From Octopus sinensis (lineage: Eukaryota): a DNA stretch of 64,000 nucleotides. The DNA lies in NCBI RefSeq assembly GCF_006345805.1, contig NC_042998.1, positions 20,026,001 through 20,090,000 on the forward strand, written 5' to 3'. A program made the translations under genes and the position numbers. Positions 38,438 to 52,749 of the stretch are shown here, one piece after another. Below the pieces are notes generated by a model. The model saw nothing but the letters and a program-made list of their open reading frames with translations. It did no database searches and was not told where the DNA came from. Positions within the stretch are counted from its first letter, which is position 1. Each line of letters opens with the position of its first letter.

Positions 38438-38826
38438 GTGGAGGCGCAATGGCCCAGTGGTTAGGGCAGCGGACTCGCGGTCATAGGATCGCGGTTTCGA
38501 TTCCCAGACCGGGCGTTGTGAGTGTTTATTGAGCGAAAACACCTAAAATCTCCACGAGGCTCCGGCAGGGGATGGTGGTGATCCCTGCTGTACTCTTTCA
38601 CCACAACTTTCTCTCACTCTTACTTCCTGTTTCTGTTGTACCTGTATTTCAAGGAGCCGGCCTTGCCACTCTCTGTGTCACGCTGGATATCCCCGAGAAC
38701 TACGTTAAGGGTGCACGTGTTTGTGGAGTGCTCAGCCACTTACACGTTAATTTCACGAGCAGGCTGTTCCGTTGATTCGGATCAACCGGAACCCTCATCG
38801 TCGTAACCGACGGAGTGCTTCCAACA
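38438..38826 (+). mobile_element. SINE-C, full length
   Basis: Near-identical to 4199-4585. TSD CATAAGT at 38431-38437 and 38827-38833. Confidence 0.9.
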
Positions 38827-39100
38827 CATAAGTATAGTGGATATAAATATTTATTACGCGGATTTTGCCTTTAGAAGGACATATTTTCAATTTAGGGAAT
38901 TTTTCTGTAAACTGACTGATACGTTCAATCTCTGCTTATTTTTTGATCCTTTAAAACGCATATTTATGTTAATGCATTGGAAAATAACTGGATAACGAAG
39001 GTATATCTCAGCTTCTACTTCTATCAATCATTGGACTGCGGCCATGCTGTCGCACCGCCTTAAATAATTTTAGTGGAACAAATTAACACCGGTCCTTATG

Positions 39101-39346
39101 TTTACTCTTTTACTCTTTTACTTGTTTCAGTAATTTGAGTGCAGCCATGCTGGAGCACCGCCTTTAGTATAGCAACTCGTCCTCAGAACTTATTCTTTGT
39201 AAGCCTAGTACTTATTCCATCGGTCTTTTTTGCCGAACCGCTAAGTTACGGGGACGTAAACACACCAGCATCTGTCGTCAAGCGAAGTTGGGGAAACAAA
39301 CACACACACACACACATAAACCCCCACACACATAAACCCACACACG

Positions 39347-39394
<48 letters not shown>

Positions 39395-39561
39395 TACGGC
39401 GGGCTTCTTTCAGTTTTCGACTACTAAATCCTCTCACAAGGCTTTGGTCGGCCTGAGGCTATAGTAGAACACACTTGCTCAAGGTGCCACGCAGTGGGAC
39501 TGAACCCGGAACCATTTTGTTGGTAAGCAAGCTACTTACTACACAGCCACTCCTGCGCCTA
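39101..39561 (-). mobile_element. SINE-B, full length; partial or degraded copies at about 39025-39060 and 39570-39800
   Basis: All modules present in reverse orientation. Confidence 0.9.
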
Positions 39562-41541
39562 TAAAATCTATTTTATTCTTTCCGTTTCTTTTGCCGAATC
39601 ATTCGGTTACGAGGACTTACACAAACCAACAGCGTATATGACAGGCTTCCACACAGTTTTCATGTGCCAGATTCATTCACAAGGCAGTGGTCGATGCGTT
39701 ACTATAGTACAAGATATTTCCCCAAACTGCCGTGCATTGGGATTGAAACCGAAACCACGTGGTCACAAAGTAAGCTTCTTCAACACATAGCCAATGCCTG
39801 TACCCATACATAGCCACACCAATGCCTATACACAGCCATGCCTGAGGAACAATGATATAGCCTGTTGCATTATCAAGTGCTTCAGATGTACGTAGAAAAT
39901 TATACGTATATTTTTTCCTTTTTATCTAATCCATTTTAACATATAAAAAACAAAATCGGCTTCAGTAGGATATGAAATACACACGCTGAAAAACAATATC
40001 TCTAAAACCCCTGCTCTTTGAGCTTGCAAATATTATTTCTATAGATTATTTAAACACAAATGATGTTTGATGCTAATTCAGGATTTTCCGAATAAAGATA
40101 GTGGGAAAGGTTATTATATAGTATTGGCTTGTACTGAACTTAAGCGTCAGATGAAAGCAGCTTTTGAAAGCAGCGAATTGATATGGCGTTCATATTAATT
40201 TTTCTCATCCCTTTTATAATTAGCTTTCGATTCAGAGTTAAGAATCCTTACAGAAGTAATTCTCCGAAGGATTATTTTTCGGTTTCCTATGGAGCCTTGT
40301 ACAATAGAGAATTTAATTGAAAAGATTTAAATGATTAAGAAATTATACACGTCAGGAAATTATTTTCATTGGGAAATTTTGCACATCAGGAAATCATGTA
40401 GAATAAGAATCATTAGATTCATCAATCGAATATTAGAAGCAAATTGTTTTTATATTCTTTATTTAGAATTTAAATATATTCTGAGGTTTTAATTAAGTGT
40501 TTGAGTTAATATTATTAAATCAAAATATCAAAAAATATCATAATATTGAATATTTTATGAAATATTATTATAATATTATTATTAAATCAAAAATTGTTAT
40601 TAAATCAAAGGTAATGAGCGCAGAAAAATCCTTAGCGGCATTTCATTGGTCTTTACATTTTGACTTCAAATTCCGCTTAAGTTGGTTTTGCCTTTCTTCT
40701 TTCGGAGTTGATGAAATAAGTGTCGTTTGGTCGCTGGGTTCGATGTAATTGACTTAACCTTTTTCACAAGTTTACCAGTCTTGTGCCAGAACTTGAAACC
40801 AAAATTATCAATTTAAAAGTATTCTAGGACTTTAATACATGAAGAATTATCGTAAAGCAGTCAGAAAGACCATATCTGTCAATGAAATCTACGTTAAGGT
40901 TTCACATTTGAACCTGGCAGGTGTAAATTAAGTTGCCAGTTATTTATTATTTCATTTCAGTTCTGAATTTTATGAAGCAAATTAATACATGAACAGGTGA
41001 ATAGAAGGATAAATATTAAAACAAATACAGGAAAATTTGGTATATCTTTAATTCCATGTTACACGTATTCTTCAGAAAAAAGATTTAAAAATTAATAAGG
41101 AATAGGGATAAGATAAAAATAAAAGAAAAATGTGTCGAAGACATTTGTTGCCAAAGATGTAGAAGACTGTATTAAACTTATATCTGAAACTAGAATGCAA
41201 TTCTCATTTCATTTTCATATATGTGTTACAGTTTGTGGAAGCATGCATAAAAGTTATAAGACATAACACTTTTAAAAAATATAAGAGTGTATAATATATT
41301 TTTATATAGAGAGGAGACCTTTGACAGGACTCCTTACATGCTAAAAATGACAGTTAAAATCCAAACTACGAAAAAATGAATTCATGAGGTACACTGTTAT
41401 AACACTAGAACGAAAATAAACACAGCGTGCCTCATGAATTGTTTTGTATTTTCTTCGTGGTTTTGGGTTTAACTACCATTTTTAGCGTTAAGGATACCAG
41501 TCAAGGGTCTCCTCTGTGTATAAAAATATTTTATACACTCT

Positions 41542-41644
<103 letters not shown>

Positions 41645-42154
41645 CAGACAGACAGACAGACAAAAACGAGACACACACAGACAGACAGAAAGACAGATGT
41701 ATATGTTGGTCCCAATTGCCAATAGATGATTATCTACTCTCGGAACATATATAGATGTAGTCTGGCGGAACGGTGGGATGCCCGCCAATCACTCATACCG
41801 CTTTAATCGGAAGTCCGTCCATGGCTTTATTCAGCTTTTGAGCAATCGTCGCTAAGTCTTGTTACTCTATCACTGACTTACAAAACACAGCCACTTGGGA
41901 ATTGTACTCGATCATACTGCAGTTCACCCTGCGACGTGAATCACTCATTCTTTCGTTATAAGATCACATAGCAGCACTATAGAACATATGAATCTATTCG
42001 GCACGAAGCGCTTTGATAACACCATAACGCAGCACCCGGAGAAAGCAGAAGAGCACACTAGTGGAGGATGCTTTCCTTTCAGATGCACCAATCAGAAATG
42101 GGCAGATGAGATGAGATCATCTCAGGGACACGATCCACGGTACTAGACGAAAGA

Positions 42155-42388
42155 AGGCGGCGAGATGGCAGAAGCGTTAGCACGCCGGGCGAAATGCTTA
42201 GAAGTATTTCGTCTGCGTTCCGTTCTGAGTTCAAATTCCGCCGAGGTCGAGTTTGCCTTTCATCATTTTAGGTTCGATAAATTAAGTACCAGTTACGCAC
42301 TAGGGTTGATATAATCGACTTAATCCGTTTGTCTGTCCTTGTTGGTCCTCTCTGTGTTTAGCCCCTTGTGGATAGTAAAGAAATAGGC
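42155..42388 (+). mobile_element. SINE-A monomer
   Basis: TSD ACTAGACGAAAGA at 42142-42154 and 42389-42401. Confidence 0.9.
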
Positions 42389-43294
42389 ACTAGACGAAAG
42401 ACCTTTGATGAGAAACGGTGCAAGTCACTGCATCGGTTTAAATAAGACACTTGCTTGCCGAAGTTATTACATTGTCGAGTCAAATCCGGAACTGTAGGCA
42501 TGCATTTTCTAATTTCCTATCATACAGCCATTCTTGCTCCCATGCTGTTCGTGTAAACGACTCACTGTACAGCTCCTGCTACAGAATTGGTTTAAAAAAT
42601 TCTTTTCGAGAACCATCATGAAATTCTTGGTGTTAGGAAATAAGAAATTGTGAATAACAAGAATTTCACAGAAACACTGGCTATAAAATTCACGGGTTTT
42701 GCTTTTTAATATAAATTTAATTCAAAATATATTTTGTTTTACTTTAAATTCAAATTTTAAGAGAAAAACTGTACACTGTAAAATATCAAACGCTGTGTTT
42801 TATTTAAACGACTTCATCTGAAGTACTATTACACACTATTATCTTTTCATATAGCCTTTTAAATACAAATTCCAGCTGGAATCGAATGATATGAGAAACA
42901 GATTCTGTATTTGTATCACATTACAAGTTCTACTTCTGAAGAGAAATTTGTTAGACTTGAAATTAAAGAGCTGTTAATAATAAGATTCTTTTAGATCAAT
43001 ACGTTCTCAAAGTTTTCCCAGTAAAAAGTATTTGCTTTCAAAGTCGATCAGTTGTGAATGTTACTTCAACCTTTGTTTATATATTTGCGTACCTAATTGA
43101 TTAACTGTTACAATTTGCACAAGAGGCAACCGATGGGTTAGTGCATTTTCACGAAAGTGACAAAATAATATATGTTAGTCGATGCAGAACAAATATCCCA
43201 AGGGTCGTAATTCATAAATCACTTTTTTCTATTATCTCAACGATGCGTATTTCTTCGCCTATATAAATCGGTGAAATATACACACGCGTATGTA

Positions 43295-43545
43295 TATCCA
43301 TCTATCCGCTCAGTCGAAGTCGACTCTCGGTTACTCGATGGATCAGTGTTCTCCAAACAGTTCTATCCTGGGTCGATTCTTTCAGATTGGCTATGGCCAT
43401 TCCCGTGTCATTCTTAATAGTGTCAAGCCAGCAGGTTCTTAGTCGGCCTCTTCCGCTCTTGTCGCTGTAATAACTTCGGCAAGCAAGAGTCATATTTAAA
43501 TCCAGGGATTTTCTCCGCACAATATGACCAAAATATGCCAAAATA
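43295..43545 (-). mobile_element. RTE-clade LINE extreme 3' end
   Basis: AYFGHIVRR..GRGRLRTCWLDTIKNDTG..QDRTVWRTLIHRVTESRLRL. Confidence 0.85.
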
Positions 43546-44051
43546 TAATAAGTATATATATACGTGCGTACATATAAGAACACATATAAACATGTCTATA
43601 GCTGAACAGTTAAAAAGTTCACTTCAAACGCATGGAGGCCCAAGTGTGATTCACATTGTGGAATTTCGGATAAATGCTTTCACTGTAGTCTTGAGTAGGA
43701 ACAAATCTTATAAGCTAATTTGGGTAGAGTGAAATTTAATAGAAACACATAAAATTGAAACCCACAGCCTTGTCGTAGTGTGTCACGCTTCTTCTACTTA
43801 GCAATTACCTCAAACGTGCTCGTGTCTTCAGAATTATGCTCCGGATGAACTTGTGAGGGGAATAATATTTAGTGAGGAACCGGTGCTATGTTCGTTATTA
43901 TTCTTGGCATTAATATTAATTTCAAGTCCCAAACAAAATCCAACAGTACATCATTATCTCAGTTTATCAATAAACTAGATTGATTCAACTTCTTACACTC
44001 TCAAGTGGTATATGGTCACCTGCGCTAAACCATACAGCTGCTGTAATAATT

Positions 44052-44695
44052 GTGGTTGTGGTTGTTGGCATCCTTTTGTCTCGGGAGACAAAGGAGTTGC
44101 GCATAAACTAATCCAGTCTGGTTTCTACATTTCATGTCCCCTCAAGTTTTGCGCAGGCCTGGGCTAGATGTAAGAGTATCCTGGGTAGCCCAATCGTCAG
44201 GATTCCTCTCTCGACCTCGCTGACATAGTTCAAAGGAGTGCCAAGCATTACGTTTGGCACCAGCTTGGTTGCAGGAGCTGCCGGAAGAGTGTCGAGTCAA
44301 ACACTAAACCGCCTACGGAGCTCCACTCCTGATTTCTTTGAAGGTTGTCGCCTTTCCGTAACCCTGGATAGGGCCCCATACCGGGTACTGTCAGCCGAAG
44401 CCAGCTGGGACAAGAACGCAAAATACCCAGACAGATAGGTGATACAAGAAAGGGACAATAAAACATCCAGATAGACGGTACAAAGAAAACAAGGGCGGGT
44501 CATGCGGAGTTTTCTTTCCTCAGTCGAGTTCCAGATTATGCTTACAATTTCGGCTGGTTATACTTGAGATTGCTCCAATCTGGCCAGCCCCAAGGAAAAA
44601 CTAAGCTAAGGTCATTAGATTCCTTGGAGGAAAGCAGCGAATGTATACGAAACAAGGACAGAAAAAAGCGGAGAAATGTTAGAGACAGACACAAC
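44052..44695 (-). mobile_element. Probable non-autonomous RTE-related retroelement (non-coding)
   Basis: The minus-strand end TCTCCCGAGACAAAAGGATGCCAAC(AAC) and internal GGAAAGAAAACTCC and GAGTGGAGCTCCGTAGGCGG segments resemble RTE termini as I recall them. GC-rich island with no ORF. Confidence 0.5.
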
Positions 44696-45126
44696 TTCTT
44701 TTGAATGTCTAAGCGAACGATATACAGTTATAGAACCGAATAGTAAAGTTTATATGGAATATAAACTTTCCTATTCGGTATTGTTATTTTACATCTCTCG
44801 CTCAAAGATTTAAAACATATTGTTTGTCTCTATACGAGATCAGCCATTGTGTGTCTCTTAAAGAATATATAGCATATGCGAGTGGAGAGAACTTTCGTCA
44901 TTAGCTTCTGGTTTTTCTCACACTGAGTACGGGCGACTACCCAGAAAACTAAGTCTGTGAGTATCACGTAAGGCTAGAGATGGGAGCGATGACCTCCCTT
45001 GAATATGCTACACGGTCACAAACAGTGTGTCGATAGCCAGCTGTAAGAGATGTTTTCCTGGGTCTAAATCGACAGTAAAATCGCCATTTATAGGGCTGCC
45101 ATATTCTGTTGGCATATAAACTTTAC

Positions 45127-45190
<64 letters not shown>

Positions 45191-46522
45191 ATATATACAG
45201 GGCATTTGAAGCGGTGTAAAATACAGTGTATTAAGTAGGCAATCAGAATTTAGGATAATTCTTCATTAGAGCTTTTGTTCGTCTGACCGAACTCAAGAAA
45301 AATTGAACCAAAATAACTATATTTGCTTGTTCATAAGGGATCTCATTTTCCCATTTAGTGTTTCCTAACTTAAGACAGCAGAAGACAATTTGACAGCTAT
45401 ATCTAGCAGATCATGCGCTCACCAGGAGTCCTTCCGCCTTTGGCTTCAAATAAAGTTTGATGCTACCGTGTAATCCTAAATCAGTCGCAAACGTAAAACT
45501 ATCATTAAAGTCGTGCAAGTCGTGACAAACCTATTGTTTGCATGCCACGATCTATATAATTCAACACAGTCTCTATTTAAGGGCATTTCTAAGCGTCTTT
45601 GTCGCTATTTTCAGCATACTGAATGACAACTAAATTGCAAGGTGTGTTTATCTCACCTGGCAACGCTTAATATCTAAGAAGTTTGCTATAGCTGAAATAC
45701 GTCTTTTTCTATTATTTATACAAATATATAGATTTCAGACATTTCAAAAATATACAAAGATTGTTCAAAACTATTTAAAGAAAGTAAAAACCTATTATAT
45801 TTTGAATTTCTTTTCCTTTTAGAACTGTTTTTCTATCCATAATTTAACGCATTTCCTTTGGTATGTATGCTTTCGCAAAAATATTATTTTATTCAGAGTT
45901 AAAATACTTCTAAAGGTATGTGACTATTCAAAGATCGACGTAACAGCTCAGTTGAGAAAGCGTTGGAAGAAAGGTTCCCATTTCAACTATGCGCTTCAGC
46001 ATGTAGAAGACATTTCGTTTTTGACAATTTTGATAACCAAAATCGAGTTAGGGTAGTGTTAAAATTGGTCACGTATATACATACCGTCGCACAATCATCA
46101 TGCTATTAAGATTTACAGATGTTTTCGACTTGACGGTTACATCATTTATGCATCAGAAGATTATATCTATGAAGAATAATGCTTATGAATGTATACTTTT
46201 GTCCAGAATTAATTTCTACATACATCATAACTTGCTCTATCAAGGTAGTGTTTATCACGTTCTACTCATATAAACATTATCTTATCTATCAATTAATAAA
46301 ATGCAGGACTCACAATGTTTTTCAGCCTCCTCGATTACCACTTTCCTCTACCATTCCAAACACTAAATATTTACGCTTTTATAGATTTAACACCTGATTG
46401 GAACCTAAGTATTCTTTAATTATTTAACACTGGCCTTTCTCAACGCCATGAAATATACATGTATGTACATGTTCACATCGATTTGTTTGTAAACGCTTCG
46501 TCGAATTAGCCTCAGCTATGTA

Positions 46523-47167
46523 TCTCTCTCTATATATAAACGGCAGTTTGTCTGTCTGTGTGTCTGTCAGGTTGTACCCTCACACTGACCACGGCTTTCA
46601 ACCGATTCTGATGAAACCTGACACACACATAGCCCAATGTCATAATTCAAAACTAACGCAGCGAAAATTTTGAAAAGTTCCCCTAGTTCTGAAAGAAAGC
46701 GATAAATTCGACATGGGGTCGAGAATCTAGCTTTTCATATGCAACACATTTTCTGTTGTAGTTTTCGCAACTTGCAATTGATTTTCACCAAACTCATGGT
46801 GAAGCTTAATGTTACCCTAAGAAACTTAATTCTGACGTTAGTTTTCCATGCAATAACTTACCATCAGAAAAAATCGATAAAATCATTCCATTTTGGGAAA
46901 TCGCGTTCAAATTCAAGATGACATATTTTCGACAATATCTTTCACAAATTGGCAAGAATTTTTTTTGAAATTCACAGCGAGCATCATGTCTGTGCCAAGG
47001 AGCTATATGGCCCTTTTTATTCCAATAGGATACTTTATTACTGGAAACAATCGGTTAATTAAATCATATGTGGCACACATAGCAAACCGATTTGTGTATT
47101 AAACACAGACCACAGACTGTCTAGGGGACGCCTTCCATACCCGGGCAACGCCGGGCTATGCTGCTAG
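46523..47167 (+). mobile_element. Non-autonomous Helitron
   Basis: 5' A|TC start, subterminal hairpin CCCGG-GCAACG-CCGGG, 3' CTAG|T end. Confidence 0.8.
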
Positions 47168-47320
47168 TGACTAATAAAGCTGAAATATGTCAAGAGTTGT
47201 TTCACGTAGTTGGCAAAAATAGGAAAAAGTGATTTTTATCTGATTACATACTTCTGTATTTTACTTTAACGTGTTTCTTTTCCTAACATACGATGCTCTC
47301 AACAATTTAACTGTTGTTTA

Positions 47321-48086
47321 GACAGAGCCTAAATCAGTGAGGGACCTGGGTGTCGACATGTGTGATGATACCTCTCTCTAAGTGCACATTACCAGGATGG
47401 CGACAAAGTGCAGACGACTGGCTGGATGGATCCTTAGAACATTAAGAACTAGATATAAGGAAACCATGATGGTCTCTGGAGGGCATTCGTCCTCGGCCGC
47501 CTGGATTATTGCTCACAGCTATGGTCACCCACCAGTGTGAAATTAACAGCGGACCTTGAAGCAATCCAGAGAAGATTCACAAAGAAGATCGTCTCTTTGC
47601 AACTGCTCAGCTACTGGGAAAGGCTGAAACTGCTAAGACTCTACTCCATGGTGAGAAGACGGGAGAGGTATGCAGTAATATACATCTGGAAGATCCTGGA
47701 AGGAATTGGGCCAAATTTGTGCAATGCCAGAACGGGATGACACTGCATAGTGCCAAAGATCCCAGCAACGCCATCGAGCTTCACGACCAGTTACTGCAAC
47801 AGCCTGGAGTTCAGGGGCCCACAGCTTTTTAATACTCTCCCAAAGAGTCTGAGGAACATGTACAAAGTAGATATAGGTATTTTAAAATCAAAGATGGACA
47901 TCTTTCTGTCGAGAGTCCCAGTTGAACCTACCTCACGGCAAGAGGTGCAAATGAGGGTAGCTACATCAAACTCCATTCTTCACCAAGTGCCATATATTGA
48001 AGGAGGCTCTCGGTAATAACAGTGTAGCAAAACGGCGGTGCATCAGCATGGCCGCAGCTATGAGCTGAGACTGCAGCAAAAAAAAA
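47321..48086 (+). mobile_element. LINE-X 3' fragment
   Basis: VRDLGVD..LAGWILRT..LEAIQRRFTKKI..RRRERYAVIYIWKILEG, with tail CAGCT(ATG)AGCTG. Confidence 0.88.
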
Positions 48087-49236
48087 TGCGTGGCGTGTCC
48101 TTTACTCCTTATTTGGTTTCAATCATTAGTCTGCAGTCATACAGGAACACAGCCTTCAAATATTTTATGTAATCATAACGAGATTATTATTTTTTAGTTT
48201 TTCATTTCTGGTAGTATATTCGGTGTTTGCTTGTTTGCTAGCTTGAGGGACATAATTCAAGATACTATTTTATAACAAGAGCCAGCGTAAGAACAGCGGC
48301 AGAAACATACACAAAACTTATATACATACATGTATATATATATATATATACATATACGCACATACACACACATACATACTCACACGCATACACACAAATA
48401 TATATACACACATGTATGTATATGCATACGTACACACATCTATATATATATATATATATATATACGCACACGGCGGCCTTCCGCACGGTTTCAATCCACC
48501 AATTCCACTCACAAATACAGGTTTGTTCAAACAGTTTGGCAGTGCAATCGTATTGTTTCCTTTGTGTAACCAGCAGTTAAGCATTAGTGCAAGAAATTCT
48601 GCTTGTTTCATTCAATAGAACAGTATATTCTCTAAGTAGTACAGAAATGATTTTCAGTAAATGTATATATGTGTGTACGTGTGTGTGTATGTGTGTCACA
48701 CACACACAGACACTCCTACACATTTGTGTGTGTTTGTATGTATTTATACCTTGCAACTATAGTTCAAATCTTGTATTCATATGTCATTACGCATATAAAC
48801 TCTAGTATCTAACCAGGGCAAATTATAATTCAGCCGTATAAGATGGAAATACCATTTATGTATTATGACACTGAAAGCCTGTTTGTAAGTAATTATCTAA
48901 TAGTTCTTCATTGATTGTAAACATACACTCTCTTCTATGAAATCCTGAGTCCCTTCAGCAAAATTCTTCAATAGAATTTTCGCGCCAGCTGCACACTTGA
49001 CAATTTGCTACGCCAGACTAAATGCAAAAGGCAATATCCGTGTGAAAGGTAAAGAAATAAAATAACCTAGCGTGAATAATTTCATTATATTTAAGAGCTT
49101 AGCTCACAATTAGATAAATGGCGTATCGATAAATGTGCATGGTGTTCTCAATACACAACTGCCAATTCCTGTGGCAATTAGATTAATGATATAAGATCCA
49201 CTTCACAGCTTGATTTAAAACGATTTTCTGTTTCAG

Positions 49237-49284
49237 GTAACAGCACTCACTTTATGATTAGCCCTCGACAGAGCGGTAAATCAG
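49237..49284 (+). other. Candidate 48-nt phase-1 symmetric micro-exon (GNSTHFMISPRQSGKS)
   Basis: TTTTCTGTTTCAG acceptor and CAG|GTAAGG donor. One open frame, in a repeat-poor stretch. Confidence 0.4.
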
Positions 49285-49983
49285 GTAAGGATCTTCAGAG
49301 TAATTGCTTTATAGTATATACTTCGGTGCGTCACAGTTATTGCTTTGCTGTCAAGTTGGAGAAAGAGAGAGAAAAGTAAAGGATCGGGTGAAAAACGCCG
49401 TGGAGTACGAGTATTTAGTTACCTCGTTTTATATTCTGAAATTGTATTATATTATGACAATGTAACTAAATAACATCTGTAGTGCAGTGTTGTTGATTCG
49501 TTGAATTACACTCACCACCACAAATGTGCGTTGATCTGCCTATGTAAGAAATCATTGCACAGCAAACTGATAGTGAACATGTTCTGTAGTAATGTCATTC
49601 CCGCTCACACCACCTACAACGAACATCAAAATAATCATCATCATCGTCAGTTATAGTAGTACCCCTTCTTGTTCTTCTTTTCCTCCACCTCATCGTGAAA
49701 TTTGTAACAGGTTAAATTTAAACTTCAACTATATCTTATCTATTTGAGATCAAATCAGACTTGATTTTACTTTAGCGCCCATCGTCTGTGGATGATGAAA
49801 TAATTATCGTTGAAAGATGTTCGAATTTGTTCGAATTTCCCAATTAGATAATTTTCTGATGAGTATGTGTTAACATACTCATCTATAATCTGCACTAATT
49901 TACAAATACCCGCGACCGCCAGATTGACATACGGATGCACAGTAGCGTGTAAATAAACTTGTATCATTTATGATAATGTAAAG

Positions 49984-50293
49984 TCCCCGTCGCCCTTTTC
50001 AAGCCTAGCCAGGCTCATGGGTCCGGTTTCCCGGTTTCTGTGGCGTATGTGTTCCCCCCAGCTGGGCGGGACGCCAGTCCATCGCAGCATTACTCAAGAA
50101 ACAGGAAGAAAGAGTGAGAGAAAGTTGGGGTGAAAGAGTACAATACAAGTCGCTACCACCCCCTGCCGGAGCCTCATGGAGCTTTTAGGTGTTTTCACTC
50201 GATAAACATACACAACGCCCGGTCTGGGAATCGAAACCGCGATCCTCCGACCGCGAGTCCGCTTCCCTAACCACTGGGCCGTTGCGCCTCCAC
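49984..50293 (-). mobile_element. SINE-C head and body with a different, V-domain-like 3' module
   Basis: Closely similar to SINE-C up to CTTCCTGTTTCT, then CTGCGATGGACTGGCGTCCCGCCCAG. TSD AATGTAAAG at 49975-49983 and 50294-50302. Confidence 0.85.
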
Positions 50294-51196
50294 AATGTAA
50301 AGGTACCTATAGTTAATTTAATTATTAAAGTAATTTTAATATTTCTCTAATTTTGAGTGTACTGACAACTGTGACCATCCTCGGTTCGAAAAAGTCAGTA
50401 CTCTGGAAAGGCCCTGGCACCCAACGATTCTGCAAAATCGATGTTTATATGCCTTTTTGCACATCATCTATAATGTAAGTCCGCAAAACTGGTAGGATGG
50501 AGGGAGTGACGATAAAATTAATTGCGATGTTTAGTTATGTCCATTTATATTTGTAGTGGGGGGTGGGGGGTAAGTGCAATTGAACGATTGTGTGCTTGAT
50601 ATATATTGTATCGTTGGCGAAGGGATAGAAGGGGATAGAAGGATATAAATCAAGCCGTAATTTAATTTCTGAATGTAAACACTTGTTATTAAATATCTCA
50701 AGGCATTTTCACCTGCCTCTTTAATTTTCTCTCCTTTGCCTGGCCTTGACATCATACTTATAATTTCGAAACACTGATGTATTAAGCATTCATTCACGAT
50801 ATTTACCTGATTTATCGTGCTTGGTTGAGTGCTGTTACCTGAAACAGAGAATCGTTTTAAATCCAACTGTGAAGTTGATCTTATATTAACTTAATCGCCA
50901 CAGGAACTAGCAGTTGTCTATTGATAGCTCTATGTACATTTATTAGTACGTTATTTATCTAATCCTGATGGAGCACAACTGATTGTCGATTCATCCTTCC
51001 GGAGATACTTGTTCAGTGTGGATGATTTATCCCTCCTACATGAATTATATATCATTCCTTTTCTGGTTCTGTTCCGATAGCATTTCACATTTGTTTGTTT
51101 TCTTCTATTCGAAGAAGTTGCCTACTCCTCATTAAAACTTTCCCCGCCTTTACATTATGGGGCTTTTTTTGGCGGGGGTTGGTATACTGAGACTAT

Positions 51197-51613
51197 AAGG
51201 CGGCGAGCTGGCAGAACCGTTAACACGCCGGGCGAAATGCGTAGCGGTATTTCGTCTGCCGTTACGTTCTGAGTTCAAATTCTGGCGAGGTAGACTTTGC
51301 CTTTCATCCTTTCAGGGTCGATAAATTAAGTACCAGTTACGTGCTGGAGTTGATATAATCGACTTAATCCGTCTATCCGTCCTTGTTTGTCTCCTCTGTG
51401 TTTAGCCCCTTGTGGGTAGTAAAGAAATAGGTATTCCGTCTGCCGTTACGTTCTGAGTTCAAATTCTGCCGAGGTCGACTTTGCCTTTCAGCCTTTCGGG
51501 GTCGATAAATTAAGTACCAGTTACGCACTGTGGTCGATATAATCGACTTAATCCGTCTGTCTGTCCTTGTTTGTCCCCTCTGTGTTTAGCCCCTTGTGGG
51601 TAGTAAAGAAATA
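51197..51613 (+). mobile_element. SINE-A dimer
   Basis: Same junction as the other dimers. Imperfect 16-bp TSD GGTATACTG(A/G)GA(C/T)TAT at 51181 and 51614. Confidence 0.88.
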
Positions 51614-52135
51614 GGTATACTGGGATTATTCTTCAGTCACCCTTCTCACAGCCCAGCATTGGTGATTTTGAATGAAAGAGAGAAAAAAGAATGTTTTAGC
51701 GCGTCCATTTGGGGAACGACTAAAATATGTTATATGTTTAATTCGATAGCAACGTATAACTACTACGACACAGAAAATTCACAATGTCTCGAGCAAAATA
51801 TATTTTGTAACACAGTGAAAATGTACACACATAAATGGAAGTTCAATTCCAATGTATTCGTACAAATGTAAGTTCAATACAACGTATTCATACAAAGAAC
51901 AACTGAATGCTAGTTGCAAATTACTTAAGAAATTTTCGAATGCGTCTTGCCAGACTTCAGGTCAGCATAAACAAATTGAAACAAGAATAAGTCAAAGGAA
52001 AGCACTTATCTAACGACCGCTTCTACGTTCTGTCATCCGTGCGTAATGAGAGAACGGGAGAGAGTTTCAAGTCTCAAAGAAATTAGTTTTTCTAGTTTCA
52101 GTGGATCTGTTCCATCACAATCACAATTTTTTTAA

Positions 52136-52560
52136 TTAATTTTTTTTTAAATTAAACAGTTTGAAATCTCGAATACTTGTAGAATTTCTCACGTAGAACA
52201 CGGTTTATTCTGAACATTTTTGACAAAATTTCGTATTTTATAAGTTATTTCGTGTTAAAGTTGTCATATTTGGGTAATTTCAACCAATCAAGGACGTGTA
52301 TTCGGTTGAAGAATACACGTTGCAGCTACCATGCTGGACTTGCAAACGTAGATCAGCGAAAGGAGAAATGTTCTGCGTGAGTCGACGTATGTATCCGAAT
52401 AAAAGCAAAAACGTGACTGTTTGAACATGGAGACGACTGTCTTTTATAGCTACGCCGTTCAGCGCCGCCTAGCTGCTAGCTACGCGCAAGGGGAGATAAC
52501 TTAGGGTTATTTCCCTTTTCAAAGTGAATAAACCTTATCACAATAATGCCGTCACCGCTG
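52136..52560. repeat. Probable non-autonomous DNA-type repeat, unclassified
   Basis: CpG-rich island with hairpin ACGTGTATTC-GGTTGAA-GAATACACGT. Resembles a recalled octopus interspersed repeat; no termini identified. Confidence 0.3.
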
Positions 52561-52749
52561 TTCACACACGACGCCTACAATGTAATTCTATAACTAGCGA
52601 GGCACTTATTTAACGAACTAGCTCGAATGGATGATAGTTCGCTTCTGTAGGATTTGAACTCAGAGCCCTGGGAGCTGGAACAAATGGTGAAAGGCATTCT
52701 ATCCGATATCCTAGGTCGACTCTTTTGGTGTCCTATTTGGGTGGGTATA

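Noticed and set aside
41780-42140. GC-richer island as coding sequence
   Set aside because: All frames contain stops and I recognise no motif; probably an old unclassified repeat.
50370-50870. 111-aa ORF (EAGENALRY) and downstream Cys-rich remnants as a transposase relic
   Set aside because: Only faint motif resemblance, with no termini or catalytic residues identifiable by eye.
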